Made by a program: the position numbers and the translations under genes. From contig CM052817.1 of assembly GCA_028534125.1 (NCBI GenBank), positions 64,172,001-64,236,000 of the forward strand: a stretch of 64,000 bases of DNA. The letters run 5' to 3'. Position 1 is the first letter of the stretch. Each line of letters starts with the position of its first letter. Source of the DNA: Lama glama (lineage: Eukaryota). Below, piece by piece: positions 38,165 through 50,865 of the stretch. The notes under the pieces are model-generated. The model did not search any database. It saw only the letters and a program-made list of their open reading frames with translations, and was not told where the DNA came from.

Positions 38165-39812
38165 TTTTTAAACTGATTTTTAAAATTGAGATACAATTCA
38201 CAGCCTATAAAATTCATCCTTTTAAAGTGTACAATTTAGTGATCTTCAGTGTATTCACAAGGATGTGCAACTAGCACCACTAATTCCAGAACGTTTTCAT
38301 CCCTCCGAAAAGAAACTCTGTACCCAAGAGCAGTCATCCTCAGTGCCCCGACCCCTACAGCCTTGGCAAGCACGAATCTACTCTCTTATCTCTATGGATC
38401 TGCCTAGTCTGGCCATTTCATATGAACAGAGTCATGTAATACATGGCCTTTTGTGTCAGTCTGCTTTCACGGAGCAAAATGTTTTCAAGGTTCATCCAGG
38501 ATGCAGCACGTAACAGCAGTTCAACTATTTTGATGGCTGAATGATATCCCATTATATGTCTAAACCACATTTTGTTTATCCACTCATCACATGATGGACA
38601 TCTGGATGGTTTCTACTTTGGGGCTACTGTGAATAGTGCTGCTATGAACATCTGGGTACAAGTTTTCAGGTGGACATATTTTCAGTACTCTAGGAGTAGA
38701 ACTGCGGGCTCATATGGTAACTGTTTCATTTTCTCAGCACTGCCAAGTGTTTTCCAAAGAGGCTGCATCATTTTCATTCCCCTTAGCAACATATGAGGGT
38801 TCCAATTTCTCCACATCCTAACCAGCTCTTGTTATCATCTTTTTTATTACAGACATCCTAGTAGGTGTGAAGTGGTGTCTCGCTGTGGTTTCCATTTGAA
38901 TTTACCCAACAATGAAAGATGTCATTACAAATAGCTAATGTGTATCTTCTTTGGCGAAATGTCTGTTCAAATCCTTTGCCCGCCTTTAAACAGAGTTTGT
39001 CTTTTTCTAATTGTTGAGTTGTTCTTCGTACATTCTATACACAAGATCCTTATCAGATGGAATGATTTGCAAATATTTTTTCCCATTTAGTGGGCTGTCT
39101 TTCTCACTTTTTTGACAGTGTCATTTTCAGCACAGACGTTTTTAATTTTGATGAAGCCCAATTGATCCATCCTTTCTTTGGTTACTTGTGCTTTTGCTAT
39201 CAGATCTAAGAAAACACTGCCTAATTAAATGTCACAATGATTTACACCTATAGTTTCTTCTAAAACTTTAACAGCTTTACCGTTTACATTTAGGTCTTTG
39301 ATTGACGTTGAGTTAATCTCTTTTATGTGGTGTGAATTAGGGGTCCAAATACAATCTTTCACACATAGATATCCAGTTGGTCCAGCACCATTTGTTGGGA
39401 AGACCACTCTTTCCCCATTGAATGGTCTTAGTTCCCTCGTCAAATAAATAGATCAACTGATCATAGATGTGGAGGTTTTTTCTGAACCTTCCATTCTATT
39501 CCACTAATCTTTACATCCAACCTTACACCAGTACACACTATCTTGATTGCTGCAGCTCTGTAGTAAGTGTTGCTCCCGGAAGTGAGATTTCTCCAACTTT
39601 TTGCTTTTTCAATTTTGTGTGACTATTTGGGGTCCCTTGAATTTCCATATGAATTTTAGGATCAGTTTGTCCATTTCTGCCCAAAAAGGCAGTTGGAATT
39701 TTGACAGGGATTGCACTGAATCTGTAGATCAATTTGAAGTGTACTGCCACCTTAAAAACATTAAGTCTTCCAATCCATGAATACGGATGGTCTTCTTTAA
39801 TTTCTTTCAACC
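38165..39812 (-). mobile_element. Older L1MB-type LINE-1 3' region (sense to TSPAN5)
   Basis: ORF 39538..39810 resembles L1 ORF2 (PYSWIGRLNVFK...IYRFSAIPVKIP), and L1 3'UTR motifs run throughout. Confidence 0.85.
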
Positions 39813-40280
39813 ATTGTGCCCCATTTGCGACCCTCTAAGTTAAAAGCATCACATCTCCACAAGATGAAAAGCCCAGCTGTCAGGACTACCTAGGAGGAAG
39901 AGTGGAGGCTCCCTTCCCTCACTAGCACTTTCGAAAGATGGGCCAGAGAGAGGGGGGTGGGGCATAGCACGTCTGTGAAGCTCCAAAAAGCTTTTGCCTT
40001 GCCACTGGACAAGGCTCTACATCTGACCATTCCTGTCTGACTCAGCCAATCTCTCCAACTTGAAAAGGAAAGCAGGTTTCCTAAAGTATTTGAGGATAGT
40101 AGCATTGAAAATCAGAGCTTCAATAAAATCCAAACCAAATCCAGCTGAGGTCTTTTCCCCAACTCTCCAATGGGTCCTAAAAACTGTGACGTGAAGGTGA
40201 ATGAGCAAAGCTCCTGCCCTGGTGAGGGCTCTCCTGGGATGTCATTTCCCTGTGACACCCACCGCGGAGCTTGGACTTAC

Positions 40281-40397
40281 CTGTAGCAACGCAATGCCTA
40301 TGAAAATACCAGCCACGATGGTCAAGTTGTCCTGCAACCATTTCTCAAACTGGGGCACACAGCCTTTCGTATAGATCACAATCTGCTGATCGACTTC
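40281..40397 (-). CDS. TSPAN5: TSPAN5 coding exon (probable exon 7), 117 nt; end of the large loop and TM4
   Basis: Acceptor tcttcccttgtgaag| and donor CAG|gtaagt. Translates EVDQQIVIYTKGCVPQFEKWLQDNLTIVAGIFIGIALLQ (in ORF 40242..40469). Confidence 0.96.
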
Positions 40398-40486
40398 CTT
40401 CACAAGGGAAGAGGAGAGCACAGCGTCACCAAGCAAGTTCAAAAGCTCCTCCAATGCGCTAAGCGACAAGAGGAGATTCCACTTAC

Positions 40487-40534
40487 TGGTTTTTGCCTGG
40501 CATCATAGCCACACTGAGTGTTGATGACATCTTC
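40487..40534 (-). CDS. TSPAN5: TSPAN5 coding exon (probable exon 6), 48 nt
   Basis: Acceptor ttctcccccag| and donor CCA|gtaagt. Translates EDVINTQCGYDARQKP. Confidence 0.95.
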
Positions 40535-42577
40535 CTGGGGGAGAAAGGAAACAGAAAAGTGAAATCCAGTCCTGCTCGACAGGAAGCCCACCTAGGAATT
40601 AGCAGAAGATCCCTGTCAAATGTTGGTAATAGAATGTATATTTGGGCACGCACGTGTCCCGGACACCTCATTAAATGCTTTTATATATAATCCCATGTAA
40701 TTATTATGACGAGTCTCAGAAAGTATTAAACAGTCCTTTTCCAAATGAGGAAAACTGAAACTCAGGAAACATCGGAAAGTCTAGCAATTCCATTATGCAG
40801 AAGGCTCCAGATTCAAAGCTGACAGCCTCAAGGAGCTTATGGATTGAGGGAACTGGAGGCAAACAAAAACCATCGTTAAAGGGTTTTTGTTTTTTTATAA
40901 TGACTGTCCTCATTTATGCTCTTTTGGGGGGGCCTTCTACTTTTGAATCTATATACTTGTGCATTATTTAAGTGGTTTTTCAACAAGAATGTATTACTTT
41001 AATAATTAAAGCAATACCCTGACCACATCACAGGTGGACAGATGCCCTGACATCTCACAGGCCTGATCAGAAACATGGGTTCCGCTGTTTTAGGTTTGTC
41101 TGTTTCCCCTCTGCAGGGTACAGGGTAGATTTTATTAGCTTAGCACTTATGGAATGAGGTATCTCTACCCAGAGGATCTGTACTTGAAAGGGGAGCATAA
41201 TGCTTTCTGAGAATCTTCAGAATTCTTCCAATGGAACGTTCACTCAGGGCAGGGGCTAGAGACTGAGAGAGCCCAGCTTGTACTTGCTGCCTGGGCTCTG
41301 TGCCGGGCACTCTCTTGCCTTCAGTCCCCTCAGAGGAAAGGGAGACTTGAGCCAGTGGGAAAGGCTGGCTTTCCCGGGGAGGTCTCAGCAGGGCTGCGTG
41401 GTCCTCTGATTCTCAGTCTCCCTCAGACCAGGAGTAACAGCCCGGGCTGACCCCTGAGGGGTGGCCTGCAGCAAGTTCGGCTTTTCCAACTGAGAGCGTG
41501 GTCTCCCCTCCTTTTTTTTCACTTTTAAAAATTGACATATAGTTAATTTACAATATTATATTAGTTTCAGGGGCCCAGCATTGTGATTCATTATTTTTAC
41601 AGAGTAACCATGGCCACTTGTAAAGGGCCCCGCACCCCCACCCTTTCAGGGGAAACAGGCCACTGGACTCCTCAGTGCCCACTAGGCTCTGCTCTTCCTC
41701 GGGAAGGGCTGGTCTGGGGAGGGCTGCTGGGGACTGACTGGCCAGAGAGAGGCTGGAGGGTGCCGAAGGGCCAAGTGCAAGGATGCCTTTTCTACCACAT
41801 GGATTGTTCTAACACTCAATTCTGGCTTTTAAATTCACAGCAGGAGAGCTGCATTTTAAGCCATTCTGTATGCCAGGCACATGATTTGACTCAAAATACA
41901 ATCAAACCTGGGGCAAAAATAGTGGCCTACGAACAGGCTTTATATATACATATATACACACGCATACACGCGCATATATACACACACAAATGTATGTATA
42001 TGTATGAAATAAAATACAAACTGCCATTCCTGTAGGTATCACGACCGAGTAGACACCTGCAGTCTTCCTACCAGGAGTCCAGCCCTAGCTGGTCTCACGC
42101 TCTTCTCCAGCTCCTAACCCTCCCCGAGCATGAAGGCAGGAAGAAAAGCGTGACTAACCCCAGACACCGCAGAGCGCGCTCATATGAGCCCGTCCTTCTC
42201 ACAAAGAAGGAGTAACAGGCAGTGCCGGCAGCTGCCTGGGTCCAAAGCTCAGCTCCATCACTCACAAGCAGTGGGAGCTGGGGAGAGTTACTTAAACTCC
42301 ACGGGCCTTGGTTTCACCTGAAAAGGGAAGACAGTGGCGGTACCTGCCAGTCGGAGTGCTCCCAACTTAAGTGTGCCAACACACAAAAGGCTTAGAACCG
42401 GAAGCAGCGCCCGCACGGCTAAGTCACCGTTGGTGATTAGGACTCCTCCAGAAGGTCTGGGCGCTGGCCCACACCCGCCCCTCCAGCAGGAGCTACCGTC
42501 AGGACTAAGGAGAGGTTTCCACAGCCTGCTCTGCTCTGGCCCACGCGCTCTGGGCGGGCGCGCGGGCGGGGACTTAC

Positions 42578-42703
42578 GGCGGGGTCTTTAGTACAGCAGG
42601 AGAAGGGCACGCCGCATCGCTCTCGACTTGCATTGGAATCTGTGCAATTGAAGTAAATATTTAGGTTCCAATCATCAGCTCCAAAAGCCCCACAGCACTG
42701 CCA
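42578..42703 (-). CDS. TSPAN5: TSPAN5 coding exon (probable exon 5), 126 nt; CCG motif
   Basis: Acceptor ctcctgtttgctctag| and donor GCC|gtaagt. Translates WQCCGAFGADDWNLNIYFNCTDSNASRERCGVPFSCCTKDPA, with the CCG, NIYF and PxSCC motifs. Confidence 0.97.
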
Positions 42704-45029
42704 CTAGAGCAAACAGGAGAGAGTTAGAACACCCCGGCGGCGAGGCAACCAGGCACCTACACTCACACCCGCCAGAACGACCCACACCCAGCTGCTGCCA
42801 GCTCTTGCCTTCTCTTCTCGCTCAGAATCTATCTGTAAACCAAACTGAACCTAAGGGGCCCCTGTAAAAGCCTCCAAGGTAAGGCTGGAGAACTGGAAGG
42901 ATGTATCTGCATGAGACTTGAACCACTGACGAGGCCCATGGTGTCCGGGGAGGGTGGGCAGACCGGGAGCCGTACAGCAGGGCTCAGTTTGAACAAGACC
43001 TGCTCGGCTCGAGTACACGTGGAATATTCTAGAAGGAGTAACAAGACACCAAACAGTGGTAGTGTCTGACAGAGGCAGGTTGGGACTATGGGCGGGACAT
43101 CCAGAGGCTTACTTTTTAAATTTTGATCTCTACACCTTGATGATTTTTTTTTAAAAAATCCATTTTATTGAGGTCTGACTGACATACAATAAACTGTACA
43201 TATTTAAAGTGTGCCATTTTATAAGTTTTGACATATTTATACGTGGTAAAACCATCACTGCAATCAAAAGATACTGAAGATATCCATCACCCCAAGTTTT
43301 AGAGCCTTATTACTTTTTGCATTATAAATCTGTTTCATTATATGTTTCTACTCTGAATTTTTTAAAGCAAGAGCATGTATGTGTATTTTCAACTGAAAAA
43401 ATTCAATCATCTAATTAAAACATAATAAAACAAGCTGTTCAGTTCAGTGGGTCTTCAGTGAGGCCTGATTCAAAAGGGGTCCCATAATAAGCCCCTGACA
43501 CCCCCATGCTGGACCAGCTCGACTTCTGCGAGTTAATACACATCAGGCCTTGACCATTTTAAGAGTTTCAGGACCAACAGCTACTTCAAAATATTAAAAG
43601 TCCATGACAGAAAAGTGAAATCACATGAAATAACAGGATTTCCATAGGAAGCAGACAGCATCTCAAGAGAACGTGTATCCGCATGCTCTTCCAACTCGCT
43701 GGGTCCTCCTCGGGCTTGGGTTGTGCACCTCCAGTTTGCCTACAAAGCTCCATCAGACTTGCCACGCCAACTAGTCAGCAATAACACTTGGCAAGAGGTG
43801 AGCCTGCATCCATTATGACCTAACAAAACAGTCAAGTCTGCTGAGGAGACGAAACAGGGCTTAATTTCACACCTGAGGGACAGCAAGCTCCAGGACAGTC
43901 ACGCTGTCACCGAGCAAAACCAACACAATTCAGCTCACTTCTGCGTGCCCGGTGAGGGCAGAGGTGGGGGGAGCTCCCTCAGAGGCAGCCCTCTCCTCCC
44001 TTCACCAAAGGACCTCAGCTCACTCTGGAAGGCTGTCCAACCAAGAGACAGCCCCTGGTCCGCTGGGTTTCTGTCAGCCCTCCGGTGCTGCCATATACAC
44101 GAATGTCACGGACGTCACTGTCCAGGTCTGCTCACCGTACCCAGCTTTTCAGCACGTGCAATATAGGCCTGACCGCTTGTAGGACAGTGACACCTGAAGC
44201 CTAATACAACTACGCACAGCTCATCAGCGCGTCATAACATCCCCATGAGTTAAACAGCAGCTTCTAGGGTTTCCATTTAACTCCTGGGGAAATAGCTCGA
44301 GGTCCTGTTAGCCCGAGGTCATTTGGCTAAGCAGATTTTGGCACTAGTTCTGTGTCTTCTGACCCCTTGTTTATACCACTGTGCATTTTGAGCAGAACAG
44401 GGCAGCTGCTACTTCGTTTGTGTAGCAGAGGCCGTCACACAGCAATGTCCAGAAACCTCAATGGGAGTGGTGCCGCTCCACAGATTCTTCACTTGTGAGA
44501 AGCCACCAGGCTTAGAAGTGTCTCGCTTTTCAGTTTTAACTGAAGGTGCTGTTAAAAATACCTGGAGGGGCATAACTTTAGGAACTTTGTGGATAAACAT
44601 TCTATTGGTAAGTACAGTATTATGAGCTTTATGAAGTATACAGGATAACCAAAAAAGGGGCAAAGAATATAGGAAAGAATCCAAACTTAACACCAAATAA
44701 AATGGTAAACCTATGGCAAAACATCCTTCAATGTCAACAGGAATGGGCAGCTTTAATGATAACCTAAATGTTTGCTCAAGAGTTTTCTTCTTGGTTCCTC
44801 TTAGTAGAAACTGAGATAAGTGAAAATAACACATTTCCAATTAGGGTGCAGATCATGTTACGTCATAAAACAAGTCAGAAAATAAACACACAAGCAAACA
44901 AACAAAAAACCACGTGGAGAAGTGAGAGGTAGGTTCCAGCTGGCAGACACAGAAGCCAGGAGGAGTGTTCATTGGGGTCATCTTTTTGAGAAGGCTTTCA
45001 ACTTGAAAATAGACCAAATTCAAACTTAC

Positions 45030-45200
45030 ATATTCCTGGGTGAAGTCTATGAGGTTTTGCAAATCAATGTCATCCCTGTACGCTCTGATGTTGTTGTTTA
45101 TAAAGAAATACAGCTGGTCTTTGATCCAGTCTTTGAAAACAAATGCCAGAACCCCGGCAGTGAGCTCCAGGAAGAAAATAATTCCCAGGAACACAGAAAA
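45030..45200 (-). CDS. TSPAN5: TSPAN5 coding exon (probable exon 4), 171 nt; TM3 and start of the large extracellular loop
   Basis: Acceptor ttttgtcttag| and donor TAT|gtaag. Translates FSVFLGIIFFLELTAGVLAFVFKDWIKDQLYFFINNNIRAYRDDIDLQNLIDFTQEY, containing the TspanC8 RDD motif. Confidence 0.97.
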
Positions 45201-46817
45201 CTAAGACAAAAGAACACACACAAGAGAACAGTTATGAGGACTAGTTTGATCATACATAGATAGTTAAATGGTTCTTTCTAAAAAGGTTTGTAATCACACT
45301 GGGCTGTTACACATGTCCAAAGCAGATAACCATCAATTTCTTAAGAGTCACTGATATAATATCACACTCCAATAAAGGATTTTTAAAAATCATTTCATAA
45401 TCACTTTTTAGGGGCTCTGGTGTTTCACTTGGTAATTACCAACAAAGCCCATAAGCAAACACGGGTAATAGGGATTTCTCATTAGACCCACATTGAGGCT
45501 TAATGAATTTCTCCTGATTAATGCACTTGTCAGATGCTTGAACAATGACCTGCCCCTACCTCCAATAAGCTTTTGTAATGCTGAAAGATAAATTATCCCA
45601 ATATTTTAAGATCGCCTGGTATTTGTTACTGTGGCCTTGATTCTGTGTGCAATACATTCCTTTCCTGGATTCAGACACTGTTTTAATTCCCCTTTGCCCC
45701 TGCTATACAGGTACAAGAGCAGATGTGTTCATCTGAGATGAAGGGCTCAAAGAGGAGGGGGGTGGGGCGGGTAGCTGTGACATGAAAATAATTTCCCGTC
45801 ATGAAAACAAAACGAAACCACTGGGTTGAGGGCTTTTCTCGGGAATGTGAGCCGTGCCAGCCTTCCTTTGTGAAGCACCAGGCTCGGAAATACTTCAAAC
45901 AACATCAACACACAGTCAGAGGAAGACTCCTGGCTGATGGAGACAACAAGCATTTGAAAGGAAGGAAGGACGGAGGCTAAAGGCCACGGGTTATGTATGG
46001 CTGCCGTCCGTCTGGAGAAATGTCCCCTTCACCCACAAGAAGTGCCCCATCTTAGTCACATCGACACCCCACTCACACCCATGGTTCTTTCCACTTCCTC
46101 CCACCCCCACATTCTCACCCTTTTCAAACTTTTTTGCTCACACAGATTATGAGAAATGAGGCTGTGAAGGACCAGAGGGTATAAAGTGCAAGCAAATTTC
46201 TGGCAACAAGGGCAGAAAAGATGACGCTGGGGCCCCCTGCTCAGCCGAGCTCCTACAGGCTGCTGCCCAGTGAGTGGCTGAGGAGGCAGTGGGGCTAGAA
46301 CCGCCCGCTGTTTCCACATCCAGCCGGAGACATCAAGCAGCCAACCGAGAGAAAAATACATAGGCCAGGGGTGCTAAGGAAAGCACAGTTATTTGTGAGA
46401 ATTAAAAGACAAAAAACGTTTATTCATTCAGCAAATATTTACTGAATAGCTCACAACAGATCAGGCCCTGGCCTAGCTGGGCTTTGCAGAAGCAAGGATA
46501 AGTAAGACCACAGCTCTGCCTCCAAAGAGCTCAGTCTTTCGTGACTGAGGGATGGGGGTAGGAGATGAGGGTTGGGCGAGGCTGTTTCACACTAGATGTC
46601 AGTGTATCTGACAGTGTTTCTCCAGCGTGCCAAGTGCCACTCTGGGAGGATGGGCCTGAGCGGAGGGGTGGAAGGAAGAAATAAGTGCCTGGCAAAGTCT
46701 AGGACCCCAAGGCTTACGTCCAAGTTCTAGACCCTCCAGCTCAGCCCCTCAGGTTCCAAAGAGCTCCTGGTTATCTGTCCATGATGAGTTCACTAGAAAC
46801 AGAATCTCAAACAGTTC

Positions 46818-46904
46818 TTTTTTTTTTTTTTAATGGAGGTACTGGGCATTGAATCCAGGACCTCATGCATGCTAAGCACTCTACCACTGAGCTATACACC
46901 ACCT
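46818..46904 (-). mobile_element. tRNA-derived SINE, Vic-1-like
   Basis: Poly-T followed by taatggaggtactgggcattgaatccaggacctcatgcatgctaagcactctaccactgagctatac. Approximate TSD aaacagtt/aaatagtt. Confidence 0.8.
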
Positions 46905-47156
46905 AAATAGTTGTCAATTATCAGTAGTACCAATAATTTCAAAGTTAGCTTTCCTCAATCCAGAAAAAAAGACAGAGAAAAAATCCTATCACTTCACGCA
47001 ATGCCTACCCCACAGCATGAAACAACTCCCCGCTTTATCAGGTACCACTCCTAAGTGTCTCATACCATGAAGCCTGGCAGGTCACAATCAGAGACAAAGC
47101 TCTCCTGGGAGCTCCGCAGGGCACGATCAAGTGAAGAATGAAGTAAGTGTGTGCTC

Positions 47157-47177
47157 TGTGTGTGTGTGTGTGTGTGT
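47157..47177. repeat. (TG)n microsatellite
   Basis: TG run read directly from the sequence. Confidence 0.9.
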
Positions 47178-48160
47178 CACACCTACGTATAAAGAACAGA
47201 GAACCAACTGCTCATCAAATGGTGGCACACAGGACCAAGCATCCCTTGGGTTTCCCATTAGCATGGGCCATATGAACTTCTGGGCTAAACAGCCTCCAGA
47301 ACTTTGTCTGAGGCAGAGCCACCTCAATTCAAAAGCAGAGAGCCTGGGGAACAGTGAGTGGGCAGTGAGTCTGCTCTTCTTCGGGCACTTCAAGAAAAGA
47401 TGCCAGGGGAGATGCGGCAGACACGCTGGGGAAGAGAATCGCGCGCGGCCGGGCTGTGGGGACTAGTTCTGGGAGATGCTCTTGTTTTAAATGAAAATGT
47501 CCCCAGGTGATGCTGAGTCAGCAAGGGTTGAGAATCATCCTAGGAGCAGGTAATATCACACTAATCCTCTTCTTAGAAGTCCTACCATCTCACCACAGGA
47601 AGGCGGGGTTTTTTCAAATCATTTTTCTGTTCTTGGAGAGAGAGTGGATGCTGTCGTACAGAGGGCTGTGAGACAGACGCCCACCAAGCTCCAGACAGAC
47701 AGGCACACTCGGCTGACCACCGGCTACACCTACCACACGGATTTCTCACACATGCACACAAACACACACGTGCACACGCGCATAAGCACTTGCCATGTTG
47801 CCAGGTTCCCTCCAAAGGAAAGGCTTTTACTTTTCATCTTCGACTTAATCCTTATCTACCCCCTGGTACAACTCCTCTTCCAAAAATACTCATGCTAAAA
47901 GTGATCACACCAAAATATTCTGCGAGGGACCTAAAAACTACACTGGTCATACAAAGGAGGCCTTTGCACTGGCAGAGAGCACAGGGGGTGTGCAGGGACT
48001 GTTTCTCTATATTCGCCAAAACCTACTGCTTAATAGACTTGAGACAGACATGCCACAGCCACAGTGCTTATGTCTGGTTTCTCTAAACCAACTACCTGAA
48101 CAGCTTTCTACTGACTATGCGCTTAAAAGAAGGGGCACACATCACTCAAAAGAAGAAAGC

Positions 48161-48178
48161 TATATATATATATATATA
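48161..48178. repeat. (TA)n microsatellite
   Basis: TA run read directly from the sequence. Confidence 0.9.
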
Positions 48179-48475
48179 GACCCACCTTAGTCCTAAAGGT
48201 ATTTTAGGGATGGAATGCAAACGCATGATATCCATGTCAGAACCTCCATGGAAGGCTCGGGGTGGGGGTGGCACTTGTATTATTAAGGAGACGGGGGTGG
48301 GGGTGGGGGTGGAGGTGGGGTGGAACCTAAACAGCCCTCCTAAAGGAAGAGAATCACCCCAGCCGCATTCCTGCTGGTGCCTTTGGTACCGCTCACTCCT
48401 GCCTGTAGACAGGGTGCCCTCCTGACGTGAGCTAAGAGTTTGGCTCTCAACCTGAGAGCAGAGTGTGGTACTTAC

Positions 48476-48622
48476 AAACTTGAGAAGGAAGGTGTTTTCC
48501 CGTAGAGCTCCAATGCACCCTGCAAATCCCAGAATGAACATCACTCCTCCCACCACGAGGAAGAGCCAAACCGGGTCAAAGCCGCCGAGATCGGTGATGG
48601 AAGAGATGTTGGACAGAACTCC
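48476..48622 (-). CDS. TSPAN5: TSPAN5 coding exon (probable exon 3), 147 nt; small extracellular loop and TM2
   Basis: Minus-strand acceptor cttttccacgcccag| and donor TTT|gtaag. Translates [49 protein letters not shown] (in ORF 48146..48646), containing the tetraspanin GCIGALREN signature. Confidence 0.97.
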
Positions 48623-50559
48623 CTGGGCGTGGAAAAGAACACACAACAGGGTGCCAGGAGGCAGGGTCAGTTTTCCAACAAAAGATGATCACCCTTGTCT
48701 TTCCCTGCCCCACCCTAAGAAAAACTTCAGAGGTAATCTGATCGTATGTATGATTAATACTCAAGAGACACTGCAAAATAAGTAAATAAATAAATGAAAA
48801 ATTTAAATAAAAATAAATAAAATTAAAATAAAGAAAGAAAAGAAAAGACAAGGGGAGGGGAGGGAAACTACCTTTTTTCCAAGGTCTAGATTGGTTCCTA
48901 TTTTTGGTAAAACTATATAAAGCAAAGAAGTGACCCCAAGAAACTGTCATCAGATCCTGTATGGAGCAGCCGTGGATGTTACCCTTTGCTTTCTGGGCCT
49001 CCAAACATAAGCGGTCTTGAGCAAAAAACAGATGTGTTAGAAAAACACCTCTCAACCCCCAACAGGGGTCATCCTTACATCCTCAGTGCAGGCAGATACC
49101 AGACCAGGGCCTGCTTCAAGCCCTTGGCATTTCTCAGGAAACAGAGGTAGAGCTGGAATCTTTAAAGCCAATACAACAGCCAGTCCCAGCCACAGCCTCG
49201 AAAAGTTTTCCAGGGAAACACTCACGTCAGGTCCTCCCTTGAGCTTCGCGGGACACCCAACAGGCTCAGATCCCCAAAGCCCACGTGGGTGGTTTGGGCT
49301 GATGGCTGCCCCACACTGAGTTATTGGGGTATTTCCTTACCACCTTTTTTCCAAGAACTGGGATTTAAATGACTTACAGATCGAAGGTTACTCCCTGGCT
49401 TACAATCCTTTTATTCTCCTGCCAAAAGAACCCAGAGTAATTTCATTTATCCACAAATAATGCCACTTCTTTACTGAAATCTTTTCTCCCTTAAGTGCGA
49501 TACCATATCAGATATCACCCAGAACCTATGTTAGAAATTATAAGGTTTTTTTTTCTCTAAAATGGAAAGTATGTATTTACCATTCATTCTTACAGAGGCC
49601 AGCTACTGTTATTTTAAAGCTGTGGATGTATGTGAGTCTTAGATACCCAGCATCATCAATATTTTATTTTCTTATTAAGTTTGAGCTCTCAAAATACCCT
49701 CTGAGTACCACAGTATAGTTTGCTATAATGTCTAAACATTAACAATTTTTTTCAAAGCATTCTCAACAACCTGGAAGAATAAAAAGCACTCATCTGATTT
49801 TATACTTGAGAAAAAGAGAGGTTGGTGACTTGCTGAAGGTCACACCGCTATTGATTTTTTGGAACCAGAAGAGAATGTCTACTTCGGTCATCTTCCTCTA
49901 CCAAGTGGAAGCTAGGTGTTCGCTTCCCAGCACTTCCCAGTCGGCACTAACTGACACCTGAGTTTAGGAGTTTTATGCGTTAACCCATTTTAAGGCTGTA
50001 GGAACACTGAACAAGGCTATCTTGTCTGTAACATTTTTGCTTCTTCAGGAGGCAGATCACCTTAAGAACAATCATAGGATATTAATAACAGAACACATAC
50101 GAGGAATAAAGGACTCTTGAAATGTGCAACTTAAACCCTATGAAAAAGTCAAGGGTTTAAATAAAGTCACAGATGAAGGGTTGAGAGATTATTAAACACT
50201 TAGGAATGCAGGGTGTACTCGCAAACGTCTAGGGTGACAGTATATAGGCAACCACACCCTCCACGAGACTGCACAGACCAATGGTTTGACCGAACCTTGT
50301 GTTTCTTAGATTTCCAAGCTCTGAATTATGAATACTCTAGGGAGAAAAGAAAAACACAGAAATACTGTTACCAATTCTCCACCTATATAAAATGATGCTG
50401 TGGAAAGAAATATTGCCAGAGGAGTCAGACAAAATCTAAGCGACAGTGGTGAGGGTCCAGCATTGGGAGGAAATTAACCTCTCCCGTCAGAACGCCTTTG
50501 AACATTCGAGGTGTTAATACTTAAAATCTCAATGTTTTGGACCCACCCAGCCAGGAGAA

Positions 50560-50865
50560 GGGGTACATGATATTCTAAAACTTTAAAAAGTCAACCTAAT
50601 TATGGGAGAAGTAGACTCAATTTACTTGGCCCCAAGAAGAGGCAGCAGAGGTCTAAGTGACAGAAGAGACGTCAGCTCCATCCTCAGGAGGCCTTTCTAA
50701 TACCAGCAGGGCTCAGAGGAGGCTCAGAGAAGGAAACATGGGCTTCCCTCGCGGCAGCCGAGCCTCCATCAGCAGTGCTCCAGGAGGGGTTCCCAAAGTG
50801 GTTGGGAAACTGGGACTCAGTGACCTTTAGGTTTCTTCCAACTTCAAGACCATTCTATGATTTCA
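50560..50865 (+). mobile_element. L3/CR1 LINE 3' relic
   Basis: Ends tgacctttaggtttcttccaacttcaagaccattctatgattt, resembling the CR1/L3 3' terminus (ttccaacc...attctatgatt). Confidence 0.6.
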
